From positions 200,818,001 through 200,882,000 of the forward strand of contig OZ024741.1 in NCBI GenBank assembly GCA_964016885.1: a DNA stretch of 64,000 nucleotides, in the 5' to 3' direction. The translations under genes and the position numbers were made by a program. Source of the stretch: Eledone cirrhosa. Lineage: Eukaryota. Positions 1 through 13,093 of the stretch are shown piece by piece. Each line of letters starts with the position of its first letter. Positions within the stretch are counted from its first letter, which is position 1. Below the pieces are notes generated by a model. That model was not told the DNA's origin and searched no databases. It saw only the letters and a program-made list of their open reading frames with translations.

Positions 1-152
1 TAGTGTCCTCAGCCCTAGGGCTACCTCCCTACTCACCACCATAGGCGCTGAGCTGGCCAGCCGCAGGTGTGAGCCCCGCGAGTTGGAGTGGCTTTTCCAG
101 CGCGTCTCCCTTGCTGTCCTCCGGGGAAACGTCTTCTCCATTCTGTCCGCCG
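1..152 (+). mobile_element. CRE-clade non-LTR retrotransposon fragment (restriction-like endonuclease C-terminus)
   Basis: Translates to SVLSPRATSLLTTIGAELASRRCEPRELEWLFQRVSLAVLRGN, matching the ET.G..G..A...IG...QR.S.A..RGN tail of CRE-type RLE domains; homologous to 7760-8040 and 51925-52180. Confidence 0.7.
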
Positions 153-355
153 GTATTGTTTGTAGGCAAGCCAAACAATTATAGAACAACATTTATAGAA
201 TAAATATGGTTTTATAAATATAGTTTCCATTTATTTAATATCATTGAATATTATACTCCAGAAAAATCTGTCGAGTGCTCTGAATCAGTTATAATCATTT
301 ATATTTGTTGAATTACCAACAAATTGAATATCCCTTTTGCTTATATGTATATATA

Positions 356-482
356 TATAGGAACCAGTAAGACCCCGACGGCTGAGCTCAAGCCGTTTCG
401 ACGGCTAATTCTGGACGCTTGAGTCCAGAATTAGCTGTCGAAACGGCTTGAGCTCAGCCGTCGGGGTCTTACTGGTTCCTAT
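356..482. repeat. Palindrome next to (TA)n; each arm carries the 3' half of a hammerhead ribozyme
   Basis: Arms 356-416 and 423-482 are near-perfect reverse complements; + arm reads GAAA-cggc-ttgagctca-gccg-TC (440-462). Related remnant at about 43905-43965, also in (TA)n. Confidence 0.75.
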
Positions 483-756
483 TACCCACTCTACTACGCT
501 AAGTATTGAGTACTTTGGTGCGTTATGGTCCACCTGGTTCCTTACCACATTTCCTTCGTTATATATATATATATATACATATATATGTATATATATAAAT
601 ATATATGTGTATGTATATGTGCGCGCGTGTGTGTGTGAGTGTGTGCGTGTACGTGCGTGCGTGTACGTGCAATCCATAAACGGAAATAACAAGGCAAGCA
701 ACACAGTAAAATGAAGAAATACATTAGTTTAACGCTTGATACAGTAGAAAAAAAAT

Positions 757-791
757 GTCTTTACGTTCGGACACTAGTCGTTCGTCAGAGG
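757..791 (-). ncRNA. Degenerate type I hammerhead ribozyme
   Basis: Minus strand cct-CTGACGA-a-cgac-tagt-gtcc-GAA-cg-TA-aag; downstream tail (aaactaatgtatttcttcatt..tgtgttgc) is homologous to the tail after the HHR at 35461. Confidence 0.6.
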
Positions 792-1039
792 TTAGAATGA
801 AAAATAATAGACGAAATAGAAAGATAGAGAGTGAGAAGAGAAAGGAACGCAAACGAATTTTTTTAGAGAAACACGTGCGTGTTCAGTCAGCCATAAGTAT
901 TTTAACCGGGTAACTATGTTTGTATGCGTGTGTGTGTGCGCTTTTTGATTGCGTGTTAGAATATGAAATTCACAATAATTTCAAATATTCCTCTGTTAAA
1001 CACGTGAAGTTTAATGTTATTTAACTATCAGCAGAATTG

Positions 1040-1160
1040 TGAAGGAACGCTGGTAGAGTGTTTCGTTCACGATCGTAAGGTCTTGAGTTCGATTCCTAGT
1101 AGTGCGTTGTGTCTTTGGGCAAGACACTTTATTTCACTTTACTCCATTACACTCATTTGA
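1040..1160 (+). mobile_element. tRNA-derived SINE head fragment
   Basis: A-box-like gctggtagagtg, B-box gagttcgattcc, followed by gttgtgtctttgggcaagacact core also seen at 24262 and 32290. Confidence 0.55.
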
Positions 1161-1431
1161 CCATCCGTAGAGAAAGGTAACCGAATGTTGTTTCTTACAA
1201 TTAGGTTACATGTGTCTACCTGACAAGCCCAGTCGCTAAAACTGAACTCTCTTAATCACAGGACCAATTGTGCTTAACTACGTGGTCTCTTAGTCTACTA
1301 AATATAGCAATTATATGGCACCCTATCCTGTAAAAAAAAACGGACACATTGGAGGATGTAGTCCGTGATACAGAATACATGAGGAAAGACTCGATAATCA
1401 TGGCTAGAATACTTTCGATTATATGTTTGCC

Positions 1432-1545
1432 TCCTTTCATCCTTACGGGGTCGTTAAAATAAAGCACCGGTAACGTACTGGGGTCGATTTAGTCGACTTT
1501 GCCCTCCCCCAAATTACTGGTCTTGTGCCTATACTAGAAATCATT
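1432..1545 (+). mobile_element. SINE 3' half (major family)
   Basis: cctttcatccttacggggtcgttaaaataaag...cttgtgcctatactagaaa matches the copies at 28106 and 55603. Confidence 0.65.
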
Positions 1546-3659
1546 ATATGTTTGCTCGATTAGAGCTAACCAAGGACCAATCAAGAGCACCAACAACAAC
1601 TAGACTGCATGTACCAATATTATAGATCTACAACATATATATGTGATGATAGCTGAAATAATACACACGTTTGTGCAGTAATTTATTTACGTTTACAGGT
1701 GATGACGTGATGACAACTTTTGTCATATCTCACAATTTACATTGTCTCAAAACTAATCAATCATAAACATTCATAGAAATTTATATTTCCGGAAGACTGA
1801 TCTCAGTAATACCGTGTAAATGATTGACACTAAATGCTGAGCAATCTTTCTCAACTTGTTCTACTGCTCCCCATCAAATAGACACATCCTATTTAAAAGA
1901 TCATCACTTTCCCTGTTGTAAGAAATAACAATTGTCTGTTCAGTGCTAAATTATCAACTGGCTTACCTGTCTCCTTTGTAATCTATATTTAATAGACTAC
2001 TCTCCTACTATTTTAGGCGTCGGTTGATAAATAAACACAAAGCTATTGATAATCTGGTGTGTGTGGTCCAGGAATCACGATATTAGCCAAATGAATCCTG
2101 CAGCGTACGTACATCAGTAAATTTCATGGGAAGGGGAATTAGTATTTTCTACAAACCGATCTTTTTATATACACGTCACCTCTTTCTTCTGTTTGAATCA
2201 GAGCAGTAGATGGTAATAGAATTGCGTATGTTTAGATCAGTGCGTCTTTAGAAAGACATTTATCCATTGTTTAAAATAAAAACCAAGTCATGGGAAGTAC
2301 GCAGTGATTTGATAAAGGAAGGGGAATAGTATTTTAACAGTTTACTGTAACAGACATTATTCTTGTAAAATAATGAAAATCACTGTCCTATTGACACGAT
2401 GATTATAAATTTCAGCCCGATCGCAGCAGTAGTACAAACAGCAGGTACAAGCAGGTCATGAATTCTACTTAAAATTTTTCACACTTGAGATCTGTCAAAT
2501 TAAGCTTTATTTCGCTTCACAAGGAAACAAAAATATTAACAACGCATAGAAATGACGTATTAAGAAAAGAAAAATGACTGGTTAAAAATGATGGGAACTA
2601 TCAACGTTGTTGGAATGGGTTATAAAGACCCATCTAACAAACGGGGTGGTATAAAACTGAATTGAGTCACCCGTATCTTGAAAGAAGAAAAACATAATAA
2701 ATAATCATTTAGGCTGAACGTAGACAGGTCTGTGTGATTATAGAGTTCACTTCTGAATCACGTGTTGTCGGTTTCGGTCTCAATGCCTGGCGCCTTGTGC
2801 TAGTGTTTTCTGTTATGTAAAGTTCGTCATACACATATAAAGAGAAGTGTGCTTATATGCGGAGATGCTATAAAATAGTTTATAAAATACGGTGAAAAAG
2901 CCTTAAAGACTGAAAAAAAGTGCGTATGTGCGCGAGCGTGTGTGTATATGAGCACACGTGCGTTTTTTGTGTTTATGTCAATGTTAAAATCGACACCGCT
3001 TAACAAACAGGTGCTGTCGTTTATATCTCGTAACATAGAGATTCGACAAAAAGAAAGCAGTAAAAAATAAGTCTATAAGTTGTTAACCCTGTGTGGTCGT
3101 AATCCAATGACTACATCTAGTAAAACAATATAGTCTAAGTAAAAACTGTGCTTTAACTTGTCTACATCCCAAGCAACAATATATTTTATTTATATTCTTC
3201 ATTCCTAGCAACGGGCACGGTTCCTATTGTTAGATTCTATACTTCTCACTGCAATTGAACTTATTCAATGCACCGATGTATTGGCAATGATTTAATGTTG
3301 AAACGACTATTTCTCCTATAACTGTTTTTTTTTTTTTAATGACATTTTTTGTTTAGATGTAGACATGAAATTGTCGAAAGATTACGAAGCTGGCTCTGTG
3401 ATATCTTGTCCATGTGACATTTTCCACAGCCTTGGGTCGAACAGTATATAATTCATAGAAAAATGAGAAAACGTTTCTATGAATTCAAATATACTCTCGC
3501 TTCGTCTCGATCAGATACTACAATGTTTATTCGTATATATATATATATATAAAAGGGTATGGATATTCCGACAAGCACTAAGTACCTACAGAACAGGTGA
3601 ATATTTAAATCGTTTTTTAATTTATTTAAAAGATTGTTTGATGATTACTTGTTCCGCTC

Positions 3660-3711
<52 letters not shown>

Positions 3712-3751
3712 AGATGAAATCGAAAATGCAACTGGAGTCTTATTTTTTTTT

Positions 3752-3912
3752 AAAATATATATATTTATTTGGTTCCTTTACCGGTTTCGCAGTTCTTCTG
3801 CTTTTCAAAAGGTGAGTTGAGAAAAACCACAGACTCTCCATCTCAACTCACCTTTTGAAAAGCAGAAGAACTGCGAAACCGGTAAAGGAACCAAATAAAT
3901 ATATATATATTT
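3752..3912. repeat. Palindrome carrying two complete minimal HHRs (U3:A8 core variant)
   Basis: Arms about 3752-3822 and 3841-3912; + arm cctt-TTGAAAA-gcag(aagaa)ctgc-GAAA-ccgg-TA-aagg at 3851-3888, mirror copy at 3775-3812. Confidence 0.85.
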
Positions 3913-3937
3913 TTTTAAATGTAAAAAAAACCCTCAC

Positions 3938-3999
<62 letters not shown>

Positions 4000-4064
4000 G
4001 TGAGGGTTTTTTTTACATTTATATATATACAATATATATATATACAATATATATATATATATAT

Positions 4065-4144
<80 letters not shown>

Positions 4145-4298
4145 AATGAGAAATACACAGATACATGCGAATACATACATATACATGCATATACACACAA
4201 GTATGTGAAATTGTGTGGTGCCAACCTTAACCGTTGTTGCTCTATGATTAAGAGGGACAAAATAATTTGAATGAAATAAATTGACTCTATATCAGAGC

Positions 4299-4520
4299 TA
4301 TATAATACATTATAAAGAAAGAAGAAACATTAGACATAAATAAATAAATAAATATCTAATATTTCTCCACATTCTCGACTGTACAGTTTCACGGCTACTT
4401 TGCAAAAATCCTTTTGCAAAGTAGCCGCGAAACTGTACAGTCGAGAATGTGAAGAAATAATAGGTATTTATTTATTTATTTATGTCTAATGTTTCTTCTT
4501 TCTTTATAATGTATTATATA
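4299..4520. repeat. Palindrome with HHR 3' halves
   Basis: Arms about 4299-4407 and 4412-4520; + arm GAAA-ctgtacag-TC (4429-4442) with palindromic helix III; 5' core absent. Confidence 0.7.
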
Positions 4521-5137
4521 TATATATATATATGTTTTGTTGTGTCCCAGTGTGCATCGGGATGAACGGTAATGACCTTAATGTATCGAAACCGTAGTGA
4601 TTTCCAGAAAAGAACTGAGTTGGGACAGTCCGTTTTTCTGTTGTGTTTTTTTCCTTTTCTTTGTTCTGTGCACTCACTATTTTAATATTTTAAATTTATA
4701 TTATGAGACTTAGTCATGCGGGCTTTGAAATAATCATATAATAGACATCTCACCACACCACCTGGCCTGTTTTCCTCTATTCTCCCTTCATACCTTTTCT
4801 ATGTCTCAGTGTCCTACTTTGTCTGCACGTTGGACAACAGTCCTTACTCTCTTCTGTCTTACTATTACTCTTCTTTCTATAATTTTCTCCTTTGACTAAG
4901 CCCTTGCGCACTCTATACTTGTGTAATTTGCCTAAAGGTATAGTTATTTCTACCTGTTTTGTTGTGTCTTAATATGCACTGGAATGAACGGTATCGACCT
5001 TAATAAACAAGAAACTGTAGTTACATGTGTTACACCCGGATGTAACACATGCGCAAACTAAGCACACAACATACACAAAAACATGATGGCGTAGGACAGA
5101 ACAAAGGAGAGGCACAAAACAAAGAAAAGAATCCCCA

Positions 5138-5180
5138 GTCAATGAAGAGGTCACAGGATGCGTGACGAAAGAACTTTGAC
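5138..5180 (+). ncRNA. Degenerate type I hammerhead ribozyme
   Basis: gtca-ATGAAGA-g-gtcac(aggatgc)gtgac-GAAA-gaac-TT-tgac; helices I and II intact, C3 mutated to A. Confidence 0.6.
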
Positions 5181-5387
5181 AATATATGACCAACCGTCCG
5201 GTTGTGGAACCAACCAAACAACCGGAAATTTATAAATTTTTAAATTTATAATTTAATTTATAATAAATTGGAGTGAAAGCAACTGGTGCGTGTGTTTCTT
5301 ATTGGCAACATGACCCTCCCAAAGTATAACAATATCGGTTTCAAAACACGTTTTCAGATAAAGAATCTTGCTAAACAAATTCAGAAA

Positions 5388-5439
<52 letters not shown>

Positions 5440-5443
<4 letters not shown>

Positions 5444-5883
5444 TTCGTATTTCTAAAGAAACGTAGCTATGCAAACTCCGGGGCTGACGCCCTCTGGTGG
5501 TGTCCAGCAGAAGCAAGTGGGACAACCGTCTATGCATTTCAGGCTTGACTGGCCTTCTTCAGGACGGTCCCTCCCACCGCTTGCGACTGCTGGACTTGAA
5601 AACAGTCGGGAACATATAGTTTTCTCGTCTGTGTAAATGAGGTGATTAATCTCATTTGCATATGAAGCTGCATAAGTTGGCTCAACTTATAATAGAAAAG
5701 AAATAAGATTTTGCTGCTTCAAGCATAGCTTTATAACGGTTGTCCGACTTGCTTCTGCTGGACACCACCAGAGGGCGTTAGCCCCGGTTTTGCATAACTA
5801 CGGTTTCCTAAAAGCGTGTTTCTTTAGAAATACGAAATTTCTAAACATTTTTGTATAAAGCTATGCTTGAAGCGAAATCTTAT
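5440..5883. mobile_element. Retrozyme-like non-coding element (~310-nt unit), inverted two-arm insertion in (TA)n
   Basis: Minus arm 5735->5440 and plus arm 5736->5883 are circular permutations of one unit; contains an intact HHR; (TA)n on both sides. Confidence 0.75.
5525..5568 (-). ncRNA. Type I minimal hammerhead ribozyme, canonical core
   Basis: accgtc-CTGAAGA-aggc(cagtcaa)gcct-GAAA-tgca-TA-gacggt; palindromic helix III ATGCAT. Confidence 0.9.
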
Positions 5884-5885
5884 AT

Positions 5886-5943
<58 letters not shown>

Positions 5944-6185
5944 GTAGGAGGTGAGTTTTATTATAGTACAATAAGGCAATGCAGATATCGGATACGTAGC
6001 ACTCTACAGTTTGTAGGACTGGAGTATAAATAATATTAAAACTGCACTATTCACAAGTGTTTTTTAACCTTCATATCATGTCTCCCTATTTTATCTGACG
6101 AAAACGCAAATGTCATCTCATGATGATATTTGTTTTTGAAATGCGCATAATAAAATACATGGAACTCTTTTAACCATCTTTTGAT

Positions 6186-6229
<44 letters not shown>

Positions 6230-6258
6230 AAAGAATAGAGGTGTAACACACAAGTTAT

Positions 6259-6667
<409 letters not shown>

Positions 6668-6811
6668 CAACAGTGACATAAAGTTTCGTTGGGTTCTGGA
6701 TCCCCACCTCATTCCGCCTGTCATAAGAAAAATAAACTCGTCGCATGGACTGAGTGGTCGCACCCCTGGATATTTCTACCAAAACTTTACTACAGTATAT
6801 CTATATATATA

Positions 6812-6982
6812 TCTACTATACAAATCGCAATTTCTGTCTATCTGTGTGTAACCAGTTGGCGTCTAAACCATTGATCCGATCCTGATGAAACTTTACACAT
6901 ATGTTAAGCTAATATTCAGGAACATGATTGGCTAATTGGATTTCAATAAAAATTAATACTGGAACCCCTGGGGACATTGACA

Positions 6983-7013
<31 letters not shown>

Positions 7014-8568
7014 ATTCCTCTTTCTCCTTCCACAACTCACTCCGCCAAAACGAGGCAACAACTTGTTTGTTTGGTTTTTTGTTCTTCATTCTGTAGAGAA
7101 TGAGAGAGAGGGGATGAGAGAGAGGAGATAAGAGAGAAAGAGAGGGGATGAGAGAGAGAGAGAGAAAGAGAGACAAAGAAAGAAAGAGGGGGGATTAGGG
7201 AAGAGAGAGAAAGAAAACAGAAAAATGATAGCATAGTTTGATAACTAACTTTTATTTATTTATTTTTTTAAACGCTTCTTAATTAACTCCTTTCTTAACT
7301 TTACTTCGCTTTCTCTCTCTCTTTCACAAAAGTCGTAATGACACTGTGTGTGTATGTGAGCATGTGTGTGTGCACGCGCGGGCGTGTGTCACGGCGTTCT
7401 TAAATTAGAGACATGTATGTGTGTGTGCGTTTATCACCGTACTTAAGTTAGAGACATATATATCCCAGTCTACTGTCTCATGTATATATATATATATATA
7501 TATATATGAAACAAAAAGTAAAGGTTGTATGTGACACCTCGATCTACTAGAAATATTAGCAAAATCCATTTCAAATCACAGCGAACAATCTGACACACAT
7601 ACACACACACACATGCATGTGTGTGTGTGTATGTCATGGAAGCCACTATAACTGTTGGTGTACCTAAAAGAAATAGAAAACAAATCTCCCTCAAACAAGA
7701 TCTTACTGCCATAGAGGTAAAAGTTGGTGAAAGCTACAATGTAAACATTGTGATTAACCCAGGCTCTGCCGCACTCTGGGTCAAGGAGCGTAAACTATCC
7801 AAATACCGGTCGCTCTCCGACAGGTTTGTTGTTGAGCCCGTAGCAATGGAGACTTCTGGTGTCCTTGGATCTAGGGCTACCTCCCAACCCACCACCATCG
7901 GCACAGAGTTGGCTACCGGCAGGGGTGAGCTTCGCAAGTCGGAATGGATTTTCCAGCGCTTCTCCCTCACCATCCTCTATTCCGACCGCCGGGGCTGCTG
8001 GACGGCCAGCGCGTGGGCCCCCATGTGCTCATAATAGTGAGTGATGGGTAGATCGATAGAGATGGAGGCAGTGACAGTGGATGTTTGGTTCCTGGTGTAT
8101 ATGAATATATTTACCACAATTATACACATTTAAATAAATTTTCATGAATTACAGAAAAGATTAAGTAAATTTTTCATTTATTCATAACCAATGGTAAATT
8201 TATTATTTTATTTTATTTAGCCTTCACATTTTGTTTGAATTGTAGAAGTTCTGATTGTGCATAAAAACAGGGATAAATAAAATCTAAATTTATTTTTTTG
8301 GTCATGCCCTTTTCACTGACAACGTACCTAATGATTCTTCCAAGTGCGAAGAATTATGTATGCTGACTGTAATAGGGAGCAGTATTAAAAAAAGTCACCA
8401 CTGGACAAAACTAATAATATTTTTATCTACATGATTTGCTTTAAACAAACGGCAATAAATATTCTGCTATAATTCCTGCTTTAGTTAAAATTCAGGAATC
8501 ATATTTCAATGGTCAAATATTGTAACTTTAATAAAATATACCGATGAATCACCGGGTAGCTCAGCTAG
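6812..8568 (+). mobile_element. Possible non-autonomous Helitron containing a CRE fragment
   Basis: 5' TCtactatacaaatcgcaatttctgtctatctgtgtgt start; 3' imperfect hairpin ccgatg-aat-caccgg then CTAG|T at 8565-8569. Linking the two ends is inferred. Confidence 0.4.
7760..8100 (+). mobile_element. CRE-clade retrotransposon RLE fragment with 3' UTR
   Basis: ORF 7621-8034 contains KERKLSKYRSLSDRFVVEPVAMETSGVLG...WIFQRFSL. Confidence 0.7.
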
Positions 8569-8584
8569 TGTATATATATATATG

Positions 8585-8705
<121 letters not shown>

Positions 8706-8941
8706 GTGTGTGTGTTTGTGTGTGTATGTATGTGTGTATATGTGTGTGTGTATGTATGATGTCAAATTGGTCTCTAGCATTACTGGCAATATGTAAATAA
8801 ATCAAACTGTCTTACGGTCGTTCGTTGGTGACTAAACTGACCACCCCAGCAAGCTTGCTTGGTGTGGAGGGTGTATGAATGCTTGTATTTATGTATATAT
8901 ATATATATAAATGTATGTACACACATGCACACACACACACC

Positions 8942-8978
<37 letters not shown>

Positions 8979-9136
8979 GAGGAGGTTATAGTTCACTTGA
9001 AGCATTGTGTAATGAGGTATAAACGTTAGAATATGTGTAATAAGGCCAAGACAATGCAGATATGGACATAGAAAAAGAATGCAATAGTGAGAGATATTGG
9101 TGAGAATTAGTCTTTCACCTTGAATTTATTTAAATG

Positions 9137-9173
9137 TCCTTAATTTTCGAGATAATATCTCTTCTTCGGAGGG
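9137..9173 (-). ncRNA. PLE pLTR minimal hammerhead (inverted copy)
   Basis: Reverse complement of the motif at 13470-13506. Confidence 0.7.
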
Positions 9174-9549
9174 AAGTAAAAGTCTCAGACCAGCGTCTAA
9201 ATTTCCAATGAAGCCATGCTGACCGGAAATAGTATAGAGTTCTAACTTTAATATCAAAGAATTAAAATTAGGTGGGTAAAGAGTAGTCTCCCTTTAAGAG
9301 GGGTTTGTTTATGTTTTTGTTGTGTTATGTAAATTTTATATGCGTGCCTGTATATGTGTGTGGGAGAAAGCATGAAGGTGTAGGTATGTGTGTGTGTGTG
9401 AGTGTGGGAAGATAGGTCTAATCGTAAAAGTGGGGGGTAGGTGTTATCTGGTGTTAGAACTGGTTTTGTGTGTGTATGTGTGAGAGAGAATAAGTGGGGG
9501 TGTGTGCGTGCGTGTGTGTGGGGTGTGTAAAGTGGGGCTAGAGGCCCTA

Positions 9550-11476
9550 TCAGGTTATAAATTGGGTGTTGAGCTCTAGTCTATTATTGATTGGTGGATG
9601 TGTTCTATCTATAATGAGTGCTTCCTTGATTCTAAGATTACCGAGGTTTCTTTCTTTAGTTTCTATCCTAACTGTTATGTTTTTATCAGTGTTTTTGCAT
9701 TTAACTAGGTGTTTCTTAAATGAGGAAGCGTTAGTATTGAGGTGTTCTTTTATTCTTATGTGGAGTGGTCTGGTGGTGCTACCTACGTAGAAGTTGTTGC
9801 ATTTGTCACACTCTAGTCTGTAAACTACGTAAGCCTGGTGGCATAGGTCTGTGTCGTTGATGGGGCAGTTGGCTAGTCTGCAGCAGTTGTCATGTCTGGT
9901 GGAGTGTCTCTTAGCTAGCCGTCCACGCAAAGAAGGACCCGAATGGGCCAGTTGAATATCCAGACCTTCTCGTCTGATGGCTCTGCGGATGGCTGTTGTT
10001 GTTTCTTCACTGAAGTGTGGGAGCTTCAGGAAGCAAGTGTTAGTGCCTCGGGTGTGGTGTCCTCTGTTCTTTCTGGCACGGTTTGTGGTGGATGTCGTGT
10101 ATCCGTTCAGTTTGAGTACTTCCAGGAAATGTGTGGTGTGTGTGTCTCGGTCTCTGGCGTCGGTGCATTTGTTCTTGATACGTGCCAGTTCGTTCTTTAT
10201 GTATCCGAACTTGGCACCGAGTGGGAGGGCCGATCTGAAATGTACGAACAGGTCCCTGCTGGCGGATTTTTTATAGAAGCAGGTGTGGATGTTGCCTTCC
10301 TCTGTTACCCTGAGTTGGAAGTCCAGCAGGGATAGGGATCCGCGGTCATCGGGGTGTTCAATGCTGAACTTTATACTGGCGTCCATGCTGGAGAATGTTG
10401 TGTATATTTTCTCTGCCTCTTCACGGGATGATGTAAGGATGAGTATGTCATCTACATATCGGGTGAAGAAGGTATGGGAATGGCAGGTGTTGAGGGCTCG
10501 GCATTCTAGCTGGTTCATGTAAGTGATGGCCAGCAGGCCAGAGAGGCTGGATCCCATGGGTAATCCTGTTGTCTGTCTGTATGTGTGGTGGTGGAAGGTG
10601 AAGTACGTGTTGTCTACCGTGAAGGACAAAAGTTGGTGTATGTCCGTCGGGTGGAGGCCGTAGCAGTGGATGTTCTCTGCGACCACGCAGTCCGTCAATA
10701 AATCGACAGCTGGGTGAGCGGGGACTGTAGTGTAGAGGGAGACAACGTCGAGGCTAAAAGCGTATTTATTAAGTTTAAGTTGTTCTGGCTGGAGTTGGTG
10801 TAATCTACGTATAACTTCGTCGGAGCTACTGACATGTCCGGGGAAGGTGGAGAGTAGAGGCTTGAGGACCTGGGAGAGAAGCCAGGAAATTTTGTATAGG
10901 GGTCCTTCTATGCTAGAGACGATGGGTCTTATATGCGTCTTAGTGCTATTCTTGTGGGTCTTGATGAGGTGGTAGAAAGTGGGCAGTCTGCTATTTCTAG
11001 TGGTGTAGTTGAGTTTAATTTTATTCGGGAGTTGTCTTCTCCTACAGATATCGAACCAAATGGAGTTGGTCTGTTTTTCGATTTGGGCTGCGGTCATGTC
11101 CGGGATCACTGTGTACAGTTCACTGTCGCTTAGGTGTTCGAAGGCTAGGTTATTGTATGTGGCTTGAGAGATGACGCAGAACTCTTTACCTTTGTCGGAT
11201 GGTAAGTAAATAAGTTCCTTATTCCGTAGGTTCTTCAGGGCGAGTTGTTGTGTCCTGGAGAGGTTAGGGGCCATCTTCTTCTGTTTCCGTAAGATGTTAA
11301 ATACGGAATGTTTTAGTCTCGAGAGTTTATCTTCCAGCTCGCGGTTGGCGGGCGGTGGATAGAGTGGGCGATCTAGTTGGTATATCGGGAATCTGGGTGT
11401 GGTGGATTCCGTGGTGTTGTTGTCGAGAGTCGATATCCATTTCAGTTGGTAGGCAGCTCGACAGAAATTCGTTTCT
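9550..11476 (-). pseudogene. 5'-truncated PLE RT + GIY-YIG ORF (inverted copy)
   Basis: ORF track 9550-11274 (574 aa) matches the C-terminal part of the 860-aa protein except A->T in HSHAFF; homology continues to the junction at 11476. Confidence 0.9.
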
Positions 11477-13093
11477 CAAGCCACATACAATAACCTAGCC
11501 TTCGAACACCTAAGCGACAGTGAACTGTACACAGTGATCCCGGACATGACCGCAGCCCAAATCGAAAAACAGACCAACTCCATTTGGTTCGATATCTGTA
11601 GGAGAAGACAACTCCCGAATAAAATTAAACTCAACTACACCACTAGAAATAGCAGACTGCCCACTTTCTACCACCTCATCAAGACCCACAAGAATAGCAC
11701 TAAGACGCATATAAGACCCATCGTCTCTAGCATAGAAGGACCCCTATACAAAATTTCCTGGCTTCTCTCCCAGGTCCTCAAGCCTCTACTCTCCACCTTC
11801 CCCGGACATGTCAGTAGCTCCGACGAAGTTATACGTAGATTACACCAACTCCAGCCAGAACAACTTAAACTTAATAAATACGCTTTTAGCCTCGACGTTG
11901 TCTCCCTCTACACTACAGTCCCCGCTCACCCAGCTGTCGATTTATTGACGGACTGCGTGGTCGCAGAGAACATCCACTGCTACGGCCTCCACCCGACGGA
12001 CATACACCAACTTTTGTCCTTCACGGTAGACAACACGTACTTCACCTTCCACCACCACACATACAGACAGACAACAGGATTACCCATGGGATCCAGCCTC
12101 TCTGGCCTGCTGGCCATCACTTACATGAACCAGCTAGAATGCCGAGCCCTCAACACCTGCCATTCCCATGCCTTCTTCACCCGATATGTAGATGACATAC
12201 TCATCCTTACATCATCCCGTGAAGAGGCAGAGAAAATATACACAACATTCTCCAGCATGGACGCCAGTATAAAGTTCAGCATTGAACACCCCGATGACCG
12301 CGGATCCCTATCCCTGCTGGACTTCCAACTCAGGGTAACAGAGGAAGGCAACATCCACACCTGCTTCTATAAAAAATCCGCCAGCAGGGACCTGTTCGTA
12401 CATTTCAGATCGGCCCTCCCACTCGGTGCCAAGTTCGGATACATAAAGAACGAACTGGCACGTATCAAGAACAAATGCACCGACGCCAGAGACCGAGACA
12501 CACACACCACACATTTCCTGGAAGTACTCAAACTGAACGGATACACGACATCCACCACAAACCGTGCCAGAAAGAACAGAGGACACCACACCCGAGGCAC
12601 TAACACTTGCTTCCTGAAGCTCCCACACTTCAGTGAAGAAACAACAACAGCCATCCGCAGAGCCATCAGACGAGAAGGTCTGGATATTCAACTGGCCCAT
12701 TCGGGTCCTTCTTTGCGTGGACGGCTAGCTAAGAGACACTCCACCAGACATGACAACTGCTGCAGACTAGCCAACTGCCCCATCAACGACACAGACCTAT
12801 GCCACCAGGCTTACGTAGTTTACAGACTAGAGTGTGACAAATGCAACAACTTCTACGTAGGTAGCACCACCAGACCACTCCACATAAGAATAAAAGAACA
12901 CCTCAATACTAACGCTTCCTCATTTAAGAAACACCTAGTTAAATGCAAAAACACTGATAAAAACATAACAGTTAGGATAGAAACTAAAGAAAGAAACCTC
13001 GGTAATCTTAGAATCAAGGAAGCACTCATTATAGATAGAACACATCCACCAATCAATAATAGACTAGAGCTCAACACCCAATTTATAACCTGA
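11474..13093 (+). pseudogene. 5'-truncated PLE RT + GIY-YIG ORF
   Basis: Starts mid-ORF just after the DKG motif (equivalent to 14601); ORF track 11534-13093, 519 aa. Confidence 0.9.
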
